From Trichoplax sp. H2 (taxonomy: Eukaryota): a stretch of DNA of 64,000 bases. This document shows, in pieces, positions 43,601 through 55,139 of this stretch; the first letter of the stretch is position 1; each line of letters opens with the position of its first letter. The position numbers and the translations under genes were made by a program. Below the pieces are notes generated by a model that saw only the letters and a program-made list of their open reading frames with translations, searched no databases and was not told where the DNA came from. Location of the stretch: positions 1 to 64,000 of the forward strand of contig NOWV01000225.1 in assembly GCA_003344405.1 (NCBI GenBank), in the 5' to 3' direction.

Positions 43601-46600
43601 ATATCCTACTAGATGGTAGTCTTGCATAGTTTAATGAGTGACATTATTTATTGAAGTTAAATATCTTGATTGATAATAACCTTGCATATAGATAATTTGT
43701 GATATTATTTATCAATATACTGTAGACAACAGTTTCATTACAGTGTAGATTTAACACTATAATCTTGGTATTGAAAGTGAAATATTTACCATCAATGGCC
43801 AAAGATTTCAAAAGTAATTTTATCAATTATATTAAATTTAGATATCTAACCTTGCAGTGGAGCTATTGCCACAAATTATATAATCGTCGCCATCTCGTAG
43901 CCAATTGGCCAATGCTATATTAGTAGGTTATATAACATATTTTATATTAGAAAACCAAACGTAGTCAAGTTAGTATTAAATCTGACGGCCTTCCTTTAAT
44001 TAACTTTATTAATTCCTCGTTTGATATGATAAGATAGCCAATGATGCTTTTATATTTTTACTGTTACTATAGATATTTACTTTCAGAAAGTAATTTAATC
44101 TTTAATTTAACTAAAAGTGCTTTGTAGATCTTGGGTTATTTCCTTACTTTCATTTAAAACATAGCTTTGTAATGTTGACGGATAGCTTGGATCGATTGCT
44201 GATCGATTGTAATCATAGGGTAAACAGCATTTTTGCGATAGCACTCCCATAAACATTTGTAGGCCCAAAAGTCCAAATATACACAAGAAAAAAATTGTTA
44301 AATAGAAAACATCGGTTAACATCCTTAGACTTTTCAACATCGCATTGACCATTGTTTTTAAACCTGGAAAATGATGAAAAATAAAATAAATAATTCGTTC
44401 GTTAGACTTCATAAAAAATTACTTCATGTGATTTCTAAACATAAGTTTCTAAACCAATAACGCAAACAGCCTATTTTTACATTACTAACCATCAATCACA
44501 GTAATCATTCGTAGAGCTCTAAATACTCTTACAACACCAATTCCAGGTATATAACTTAGCTGTGGTATAGCGGCGACAAATCTATTCAATAGAAAATTCG
44601 ATGCACCATTTTAGATACTGATCAAGTTATTTTTTCTAATGTTGACTTACAAATGGAGAAGAAAAATAGATTATTATTGCAGTCGTTATTTTATTTTGTT
44701 AACTCTATCATTTCAATACCCTAGGACCACGACTAAAAAGTCTAGCCAATTCCATGGATCTCTTAAATAAGCGAATCGATGAATAATAAATCCTCGAGCA
44801 ATAATTTTTAATGTCATTTCAATAGTGTAAACCACATTGTAACCGATCCTAGATAAATTAAAGCAATATTTCATTAATCTCAAGATGAGAATATATCTAT
44901 TTAAATAATGCGTTCTAAACGTTAGCCCAAGAATGAGAAAATACAATCATTAGTAAGCTATTTTAACTAAATTAGAAAGAAGATTAACTTACTCAATGGT
45001 ATTATATGACGATATTTCTTCAGGACGAAACGCTAATAAGACACAGTTACTTAAAATTATCAAAAGAACAAAAAAATCGAAAAATGTAGCCAAGGTTAAG
45101 GAAAGATTTTGACCATTACTGAAACCCTTTTTCGTCATAAAATCTTCTTAGTTCCATTTTAAATTATTGTCTACGAAAATAGTGCTATAGTTAAATCAGT
45201 CTGTATAAGCTAATTAACCCTATATGTAATTATCGACATAAAATAATTGTAGTCAATAAATGGATAGTTCAATATTATTATATCGTAGCACCGAACTGAT
45301 CAATACATCGCTATTGATTTTCAGATTTTGAATTAAAGTATATGATTATCTAGCAACATATTGCTAAATTCGCTTCTATTATAATTGTTATCGAGCTGCA
45401 AACTATAAGTTTACGCTTACGATACAATTATTATGGAATATCAAACTACTGCATAAAATGTTAGATATTGGTAGGCTATAGATTATTTCGAGCATCGAAC
45501 TATGAATTGCTAGATGTACGTAGATTTATAAATTACTTTACGAGCATCGAAATATAATTTGCTAGATGATCGTATATTTTAAGTTATTGTTGAATATTGA
45601 ACTATAAATAAGTATGTTATAAATTATTGTCGAGCACCGAACTAAAAATTGTAATTATCAATCAGCTAATGATTGATATTACAGTAAATTTCCTGCCTAA
45701 GAAATTCTTTTAAGTACTACTTTCACTAAATATTCAGTAAGACACCGAAACAGTAGGATAACACTGTTAATTTTAGAGCTATTCATTCAATAAGTAAACT
45801 ATAATTTTAAAAAGGATATTGATTTGTGGTAATTTTAATGGCTGCTTTCCGTATTGGATTGGTCGGCTTGAATAAATGTAGCGATTTGAATGCATTGAAA
45901 CGATGAACATTATAACTTCCAATTCGTTTAGTTATAACACAAAATGTCTATATTTAATGAAAAAAGAAGTAATAGCGCACTTAAATACGAGTCGATATAC
46001 CTGACATCCTTTCATTAACACTAATCCTAATATCTAATATCATAGAATTAAATTTTAAATTATTAATAACTAAAGTATGAGAACTAAATGCTATCAATAA
46101 AATGAACAATTCACGGTGATCCAAAATTAAGAATACTAGGGAGTTACGTTCATTGAAAAGATAGGTAGATTGAGAATTGAAAAGCATAAATAATTGCCAA
46201 TATTAGAACGCTTAAGCAACCTAACTTAATTACTGGAGTTATAAAAATGCTAACGTCCATTTTTGGTTATAATGAAAGAAAGAGACAAGGCGTAATTTTT
46301 TATTCTGTGTGTCTATAATGTACTAATTTACTTCAAGTATTAAGGCTATAAATCATTAAATCTTTTATCTACAGAGATCGTAGAAATTTTTGAATCTGCA
46401 TTTCTCTATGAAGTTAATTTTATTCGAGATTGAAGACTATCAACCTTTCCAATGTTAAGTCTTTGATTTACGGAGATCGTAAGTAAGGGGATATCCTTAC
46501 CTTTTCTTTTGTATTTAAAATACTAGCTAATCTATTTTAACTATTAAGGCCCCTTGATTTCGATATTAGTTTTTCAGTTACGAATTAGAAGATAAAAAAC

Positions 46601-47202
46601 GATCATTTTATATTCTAGCTGTCTAAATGATGGCTAATATATTTTAACTATTAGCGGTAAGTGTTTTCTAGAGTTATTCTTTGGTTACAAGGAAGGGGCA
46701 AAGAATACATTGCATTTTCGACCTCTGTACTTTAACTGTCAGGTCTAAATGATTTTATTATCAGTCACTTTGCGCACTCAGATATGAAAAATATGCAGAA
46801 AAATTATGTTTTCATCTTCTGTCGTTCTGAATGATAGAACTTAAAAAAAATCGATAATTAAGATAGAACAATTTTTTTCTAAATACTTACATTTTGTTGA
46901 TCTGGATCGACATCTTCGACATACTTGCCAACAACACCTTTGGCCAGTAAATTTTCATACAATGGGTTGCTAAATTTCTTTTTCTTTTTACCTTGATGAA
47001 TGTCTTCTTCGCCAACCACATCTGGAGATGGCTCAAGATTGGCAATATGCTGGCCATTTGATTGACTTTGTGCGTGGGTCCATGTTAAATCTCTCTCATT
47101 ATTTTGGGTTTGATCATCTGGATCATCATTGGGCCTCTCAAGCGGCGATGTCCTCCGCTGACGTCGCCTAAAAAAATGACCAATACGAATCCCACCTTTC
47201 AT
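34661..47202 (-). CDS. Voltage-gated sodium-channel-family alpha subunit, Nav2-type, paralog A (multi-exon, complete); filter DEEA
   Basis: Exons read by hand. First coding exon is 46891-47202. DI has S3 [13 protein letters not shown]4 [13 protein letters not shown] and pore VTMDFWE (about 43396-43549). DII has S4 [17 protein letters not shown] and pore LCGEWVE. DIII has S4 [16 protein letters not shown] (37988-38095) and pore ATFEGWME (37239-37292). The III-IV linker is [12 protein letters not shown] (36773-36895). DIV has S4 [16 protein letters not shown], pore MTAAGWND and IQ motif IQRAYR. Stop at 34661. Confidence 0.95.
36235..36499 (-). other. U12-type intron (AT-AC) between DIV S1 and S2, paralog A
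   Basis: 5'ss ATATCCTTT, branch-like TTCTTAAC, ends ...AAACAC. Splicing restores [11 protein letters not shown]. Confidence 0.8.
45086..45819 (-). other. U12-type intron (AT-AC) before DI S1, paralog A
   Basis: 5'ss ATATCCTTT, branch TTCCTTAAC, ends ...GGCTAC. Splicing restores TNQ-FFDF. Confidence 0.92.
45480..45650. repeat. Degenerate tandem repeat of about 50-55 bp inside the U12 intron of paralog A
   Basis: CGAGCA(T/C)CGAA occurs at about 45489, 45541 and 45631, and TTGCTAGATG is repeated. Confidence 0.6.
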
Positions 47203-50200
47203 AATCTAAAACCTACAAAATTATAACAGGAAGGATGTGATATAAATTTTTCACTTCATCAAGTATTGAAATTGATGAACAAATTGATTTCAATCGCATA
47301 AACGATGATAATTTACGATCAAGAATAAGCGTAGAATGAAACGAAAATTCGACACTTTCAGATTAATTCACTTCGACTGTACACTACAGTGTACACTGTA
47401 TAGTAGCGATAGTGTCGATTAGGTAAGTATTGCTTCATCAAATATCTTTAAATTAGTTCTAATATATCGATGAGCCGGTTGTCAAGTATTGGTAATCAAT
47501 TGCCTTATTACTCTGACTGTTATTCTCATTTTATCAATAGATGACAATAACTTGCCATATGCTACCATAAGGATTAAAATAGAACGGTAAGATATTTTGA
47601 TATAGTTTAGCTTTTTCAATTCGTATTAGTTGAAGATTAGAATTGTATTATCATATAGAGTAGAATGAAAGCATCAAGTTGATTTGATTAATTCTTATTT
47701 ACCTATCGACAATTTAAATCAGTATCAAATAGCTCATCCTTTTCATCTGGTCCATGTCAGTTTTGGTGCCTCCTTCAACAGCTAGAGAGAAAAAATGGCG
47801 TATTATGAAGTAAGATCACCATCTGGGTGTAGTTTTTCTGATCCATTTCACCTATTAAACTTGCCAATTTTATGATCGACTTTTATTATTGCCGTAAACT
47901 ATTTTGTATTCTGCGTAGAACGATCAAAATCATTTCTCATTTACTCATCATGATTACTCTAAAGCTAACCACTTGTTGATACAATTAAATTATCACTGGC
48001 CCCTATTGTAGAGATAATTAGAGATCATATCGTCGAGAGAAAAATATCCAGGTGATCAAACGAAATACAAAAATAATTAATTCCCCTCGAGTCAATCTAA
48101 TCTACAATCATCATTTTTATCTTAATATGTTACTATAAAGGACTAAATAGTATATATATAGAAAGAGATAGAATCAGAAATTACTCCATCGATAATATCC
48201 AATTAGCTTTATTCTAAAATAGGAAGGGATCACTGTAGCGTTATATCCAAATGATGATGATATAATGGTAATAAGAAAAGAATAACTTAATGTTTGGTCA
48301 CTTACATATTTTGCTTCTGATATAGAATAGAACTGGATTAAAACCGGCGATCAATCATAACAGTATGACTTATCATCCAATTGAAATGAGTTATAATAGC
48401 CAACATGCATTAAAAGTAAAATTCAAGTAATTCTAATTTCACTTGAAATTATTAAATATCTTGAAAATACAATAATGGTAGGACTATCCTCGATCAGACA
48501 GTCTATAGACGATAAGAAAAAAAGGATCGACCGTATCTTAAATAGGTAAAGACCATTTATTAATATAGTCTACAGTATAGATTGCAACCAATTGTATAAA
48601 GCGTAATGTGAATCACTATGGACTATACCCACTTGTATAAAATATATGCAAATAGACTCTATTCATTAGTATTAAAACTTACTGACTTTTTCAACCCACT
48701 ACTGGTAGTCTATTATAGATACATATTTGGTTGCCTAACAGCCTACTTTATAAATAATACAATACATTAGCGGGTCATTAGCGACCGACTATAAAAATAA
48801 CTCAAATTAATTATATTCATATATTCACTATCATCAAAAGTTCTCGAGTCAGGAATGAAGTGAGGAGGGGGTATTACCTGTTGATTCACTGTATATCTAT
48901 TATAATGTATAATATGAATAAATACAAGCCATCGGTATTTCAATCGATTGATCTTTTCTGTATTAAACTATACTTCATAAGCATCAATTATTTGATAGAT
49001 AGAAAAATATATCTTGAAAAATAATTCAACATTACTGAAGCACCTAAAGAATACAATTCCATCTTACGTCAATGTTGAAGTGAATAGATCATATTGTTAT
49101 GTAATTTATTCTTTCTTAACAGTAGCATCTTGATCAATACAATAAAATAATTCATCTTATTGGTCCTAGGATTACAGTTATTCTAAATTATTTCAATCCG
49201 GTAGTAATCAACAACTTTTGTTCTATAGTCTGTATAGTCGATGAATTAGATGTATGGAGGAATATTACCATACTTTTAGATTTAAGAACAAAATTGACAT
49301 CTCCTTGCATCCTACCATAATATCCTTTCCAATCACTATTCATTATACAATTCATCAACTATGCATATTTTATAATTAACAATGTTGGACTATAATAGTC
49401 GTTAAGCCTTGTTTCTTTTAAAGGTATTATTTATTTGATAGTGGTATCAATTAAGTAGTTATTATTGAATTGATAATGTTCTGATTACGAAAATTATTAT
49501 TTATTTTTACAAGTTCTCTAACTATGACATTTACTGTGGCACTTAGCATTAGCATTAGCCTTAAAGCATTTGTATCACTTAATAATACAAGATGCATGGC
49601 ATTTTGAAAATTGACTAGGCATTTCGCGAATTAACTGGATTTTGTACTTGAACGGTAGCAGTATCATTGGATCTTATAAATATCTAGACTATCAAGATCG
49701 GAAGGGATAAGAAGTCAAACTGAGATTTTTGGGACCACGATTAATTAGATAGATACTATAATAGGATCATCTTCAACGGTCTAACCGTTGTTATTAGATG
49801 ATTGATTAGACATGATACAACATAGTCTACAGTACACTCGATGGGGCTATCGTCACTGTGGTTATTTACAACGTTGTCTATATTTTAATTTACATGAGGT
49901 GTATACTATTCATTTATTCATTCTTGATGGTAAATAGTCATGGCCAAAAATTAAAATCAACCCTAGTCAACAATGATTTTGACCAGTTGCTTTATTATGA
50001 TAATAGCATGATATTGTTTTTCGTTTACTTTCGTATCAAAAGTTATTACCCTAGCCTTAAAAATAAGTAAGCTAAACAAATAGATAAAATAGTATGAGCA
50101 TAATTTACTGTGCATTCAGTAAGCATTTTCAATCAAGTTTGGGCTTTCTATGTAAATCAAAACTGTAGCTGGATAAAGCAAAAAATTTTACGATTGAGAC

Positions 50201-50999
50201 TATTTCTATCTCACGACATAGCGTAGTATACCCTTCTTGTCAAATTCTCGCCAACTTATTATCGCTATTACTCTAATCTTTGATTCGTTTATGATGTTAC
50301 TTTTACTTGCTTTTGTTTGATGCATTTTAAGAAATTTTCTGACAGTATTTTCACATATGAATCAAAACTAATAATGATCTTAATAAATACAGTATAATCT
50401 TCTCATTTGATATCGTTGTAATCGATGCTATAATCTCTGCATTTGCAAATTTAATTTTTACATCTACTTTATAGAGCATATAAGTGTATTTTTGGAGTCG
50501 ATTTGATATTCTTGCAGAAATAAAAATTCTTTTGATTTACGTCTTGCAATTGTGTTTCGCATCAATTTTTTATGCTCTGTATATAACCTCTATTTCTATA
50601 CCAGCTACAATTAATACCATGGTCTATTTAATTACCAATACAATAATTATAGAACTAATTGAATACAATATTGGAATATGCTTGTACATAAACAAAAATA
50701 GGATATTTCAATTCTGCTGATTTCCACTATCAATAATTATGTCACTAAAACTTTGAAGCATATTCACGCAAAATAAAATATGTAGATGAAGTTGATCCAT
50801 CATGAATTATAGCCTAAATAAGCTATGAATAAAGTATGAGGGTTGAAATATTATTACTGTCAATGAATAATTTAATTATCACGCTATTATAATATCGCAG
50901 AATTGTTGGATAACCGTGCTAACTAGCGCACAACAGATTCTAAAGCGTGTAAAATGTACCGGAAATGTACCGCAACTATACTCGTATGTGCAAATACTA

Positions 51000-51575
51000 T
51001 AATTATATATAGATACATATATATAATGGAAGGAGCCTGTCAACCCTGTAATCGATCTGATGAAATGGCAAGAATTTATGAAAATCTTATTATGATGGAA
51101 TTAACGCACCATGCCGTACGAATCAACTGGAAGTATTTGTGCAATGAACCCTGACATACCGTATATGGATAATTATATACATATATACATATATATGATC
51201 GAAGGAGCCTGTCAACCCTGTAATCGATCTGATGAAATGGCAAAAATTATGAAAGTCTTATTATGATGGAATTAACGCACCACCCTGTACGAATCAACTA
51301 ATTAGCTGGAAGTATTTGTGCAATGAGCCCTGACATACCGTATATGGATAATTATATATATATATATATAGGTAACATATACATATATATGATCGAAGGA
51401 GCCTGTCAACCCTGTAATCGATCTGATGAAATGGCAAAAATTATGAAACTCTTATTATGATGGAATTAACGCACCACCCTGTACGAATCAACTAATCAAC
51501 TGGAAGTATTTGTGCAATGAGCCCTGAAATACCGTATATGAATCAACTGGAAGTATTTGTGCTATGAGCCCCGAC
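51000..51575. repeat. Near-identical tandem repeat, about 170-195-bp unit, 3 copies plus a partial, separated by (AT)n tracts
   Basis: GAAGGAGCCTGTCAACCCTGTAATCGATCTGATGAAATGGCA occurs at about 51029, 51201 and 51395. CTGGAAGTATTTGTGC occurs four times. Confidence 0.92.
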
Positions 51576-51824
51576 ATTCCCTTGATGGATGTAATGCGCT
51601 TGACTATATCTTATTCTGTATGAGTTTACTCAACCACAATAAAGTTAGGCCTACCAACTTAAGATGAAATCTGCTTCTATTCCAAAATTAAAAAAGGTCC
51701 GTGTAAGCTAGTCTATAATAATAATGAATAGGCAAATTGGACGAGTTTTAACGAATTAAATCAAGATCTTCATGATAGTTTTGCTAACAACTGGCCGATA
51801 TGTTTGGATAAGTGTATTGAAGAT

Positions 51825-52830
51825 ATACACTGTACAGTATATTACACAGTACAGGACAGTACTGTACAGTACAGTACAGTACTGTAGACCATCTGTACAA
51901 GTTGCTGTTGATTTACGGTATGTACTGTACATTGTACAGTACTGTGTTCTGTAGCAAACGTGTCCACGTGGGTGTTGTTCACAATTGTGTCAGCGAAATG
52001 CTTTTCAATGGGAACCTTTCTACAGTACATAAGACTGTACTGGACCGTCGTGACCTGTGTGTGATACTACTGTACAGTACAGTATAATTTTGAATCCGGT
52101 ACAGTACTGTACAGTATGCTAACGACAGTAGACTGTACACTGTAGGGACCTGATGTTAACCAGTTGCTAGAACTAGAAGAGAGTCTACTTTTTCTACTTA
52201 GAGAGTATGGTCTGTTTTACATCTCATTTCTTAAGAAATGCAAAAGTTCATCAGATATCGGAGCTGATGAAAGCGGCCAGGTTCGTTTTTACACTTTATG
52301 CCGTACTGTAGTCATGAACTGGTCGATTTTACAATCCTGTGAACATGATTATTCGAGTTACAGGACTGGAGTCCCTAGCATGCTTTTGTTTACAGTACTT
52401 CCTTTCAGGCGTACTGTACGGTACAGTCGATAGTACAGTATGGCGTGGTACTGTACACTGTACAGTATGTGGCAGTCATTGGTAGATCTCAGATCGGTGC
52501 AGATCGATTTGGTCCGGTTCGGTTCAATACCTTTATGATCTATATACAGTACAGTACAGTACTCATTGGGCAATGGCCACGTTTTTACGATCCTGTTACT
52601 GTGTACTGTACAACATAACATTACTGTATTGTGTTCCGTGCAAGTGATACGGTAGATTGTACAGTATAGCACATTATAATGAACACTGTACATCACTGTA
52701 CTGTATGCTACAGTGTACAGTTACAACTCTACAGTGTACAGTACAAAATGGATGGTGAAAATGCGCACGACGCGCGTGGATTACTGTACTGTACATACAG
52801 TACTGTAATGTACTGCACCATACAGTACAC
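51825..52830. repeat. TACAGTA/TACTGTA motif-dense low-complexity region upstream of RPL36A
   Basis: Dozens of TACAGT/ACTGTA copies in both orientations, for example TACAGTACAGTACAGTACTGTA. Confidence 0.85.
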
Positions 52831-52865
52831 AAACAGTTTAAATTCTTACCCAACAGCCAAACTGG

Positions 52866-52897
52866 TTCTTTTCGTTCCGTGCCATTTCACTTTCAAC
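52866..52897 (+). promoter_or_regulatory. Pyrimidine-rich 5'TOP-like start and short 5'UTR of RPL36A
   Basis: TTCTTTTCGTTCC lies about 30 nt upstream of the ATG, as is typical of ribosomal protein genes. A CpG-rich patch (GCGCACGACGCGCG) lies at about 52763. Confidence 0.5.
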
Positions 52898-54653
52898 ATG
52901 GTGAGTAAGATCAATGTAGTTCATCCATAGGCTATTGCTGCCATCGGTTACTTCTGTTGAACATTTTTATCATAAATGACTCTTATCACGGTTATTTTAA
53001 CTTCCTATCGCTATTTGAAACCAATAAACTTGCTACTGAAGAACGAATTTGCCACGGACAGGCATCCGTTCACTTTGTCGTTGTGATCGTTAAAATGCTG
53101 ACTTTTGCACCTTTGCCTTTGAATAGGTTAACGTACCCAAGGTTCGTAGGACTTATTGTAAAAAAGCCAAAAGGCATACCATCCATAAAGTTACCCAATA
53201 TAAAGCTGGAAAAGCTTCTGTTCATCCACAAGGTTAGTTGATATCAACACAAATTGGCAATGTCTGTACAATGGGAAAGTAGGTAATTGATTCGATCGAT
53301 GATCGCTTGAAATCAATACAGTACTGCACCAACAAACTCAGAATAGCTTAGGTTGCTATACAGTCCTTGTGGAAGAATTTTGTAATTTGCAAAGATTTCT
53401 TTTCGCACGACTGTCGTGATAGGAACCTAGTGATCTTGATATATTGACAATGACATACATAGTACAACAATTTCTAAGTTTTGTGGATATGATTATGATT
53501 AGCTTGATCGTTTTTATGAATACAGTAGATAGATACTCAATACTAGTGATATCCCACACCAGTACCCTAGGCAACAACCTATAGAATGATACTATACTTT
53601 TTGCTGGTGGGGCTTATAATTCAGTTTTCCTTGTACTTTTTAAATTGAGCAATAGAATTTTGTACTTTTATTCAAATTTTAAACTGAACGGGACACAACA
53701 TCGAGACTATGTACTATGATGAAAACTTTACCAGTTCTGCTACTGAATTATGCAGAGATGATAAACTTGAATTCTGATATTATTGGTGTGTGCAAATTAG
53801 CACACGTGCATAAGCACAAGTGTCCCTAATATAAAAATTGATTTAAAGATGCATTCTCCATGATGAATACTAGTATAAGCCTCTGGATGTGTTAAATTGT
53901 CTTCACCAATGCACATTACCAGCATCTCCTGTTGTATCTTGGATAACACTTTGTTACTATCAAATCTTGAACAAATACTTAGGGAAACGTCGGTATGATC
54001 GAAAACAAAGAGGTTATGGAGGCCAAACGAAGCCTATCTTTCACAAAAAGGTACCAAGTTGTTGTGTTAAACCAAAGTGAATTTAATCTCATACAAAAAT
54101 CCCTTATATTCAGTTTCATTAAATACAATGCGATGTGAATTTCGTATTGATACCTAACGTATGATATCAAATAACATTCGGATTCCTATCTGTTCATTAG
54201 GCAAAAACCACGAAAAAGATTGTTTTACGGTTAGAATGTACAGAAACTAAGGCGCGTAAGATGATGGCATTGAAACGATGCAAACATTTCGAACTTGGTG
54301 GTGATAAGAAGAGAAAGGTACTGTATATGTATTATTTTTTGACTTGTAACAAATACAGCGAAGTGCATTTCAATTAGATACGCCTATATTGACTAGGCGT
54401 TTGCTAGTCGAGATAACAGAATCGTTTATTGCCAATGCCATAGAATAAATGTTGAATGATTTATTGATTGTACATTACGTATCTCGGTAATAACACTGAA
54501 ACAGTATATTTTTCAAAACGATGCAAGTTATTATATATATATATACAGTTTAGTAAGCATTTGATTCAACTCGCTAATATAATATATATTGCCTTAATAG
54601 GTAATCTTATTATCATTACTTTCTTATTACAGGGACAAATGATCCAGTTTTAA
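52898..54653 (+). CDS. RPL36A: 60S ribosomal protein eL42 (L36a/L44), 5 coding exons
   Basis: Exons 52898-52900, 53127-53232, 53983-54050, 54201-54317 and 54633-54653, all GT-AG, splice to [104 protein letters not shown]. Confidence 0.97.
53712..53782 (+). ncRNA. SNORD38: Box C/D snoRNA SNORD38/U38 (snR61 family) in RPL36A intron 2
   Basis: C box ATGATGA at 53716. Guide CCAGTTCTGCT is complementary to the conserved LSU rRNA segment AGCAGAACUGG and is followed by A and the D' box CTGA. There is a C'-like GATGAT and a D box CTGA at 53774-53777. The layout matches my recollection of U38 (UGAUGAAAACU...CCAGUUCUGCUACUGA). Confidence 0.85.
54341..54477 (+). ncRNA. Candidate box H/ACA snoRNA in RPL36A intron 4
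   Basis: A 5' hairpin is closed by GACTTGTAAC...GTTTGCTAGTC, followed by an H box AGATAA (54411-54416), a weaker second hairpin and an ACA at 54472. Length is about 135 nt. Confidence 0.4.
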
Positions 54654-55139
54654 TTACCAACTGTACTGTACCTCGTATGGTTACGTCTTGTAATAATCAT
54701 TTGTACTTTCAAAATAAATAAAACGAAATTGTTTTAAATCTAGGCTATTGAGCTACTACATGGATCTAGGTTTCGGTATTAGTGTAGTGTGTCTACTATA
54801 TGCTCGTATAAATTATGTTATGACAACTATTCGCTGCCACATGTGCGTTTATACAGTAGATGTATAAGAACAAAACAGTGGATCTTGGCTTGTTAAATTA
54901 AATCAATGATGGACCTTAGTATAGCTAAAAAGACAAATTTGATTTCAACACTGTAGAATAAAACTGCATATGAGAAAGAATGAGCTGCACCAGTAGCAGT
55001 TTTTAAAAATTAACGGTTTCGTCATATTTTAAATACATTACACTTTTAAAATTTGCCACAGGTGTATTTGCACCTGTACAACACAAAACGATATAAACTA
55101 CTACAACGACAGTATTTCTTGCCACAACCAGCAGTGTCA

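Noticed and set aside
51772..52930. Several overlapping Y/C/T/V/S-rich ORFs
   Set aside because: They are by-products of the TACAGT low-complexity sequence and show no recognisable protein or splice structure.
53858..53945. Second C box (ATGATGA) in RPL36A intron 2
   Set aside because: There is no downstream CTGA D box or recognisable guide before the acceptor.
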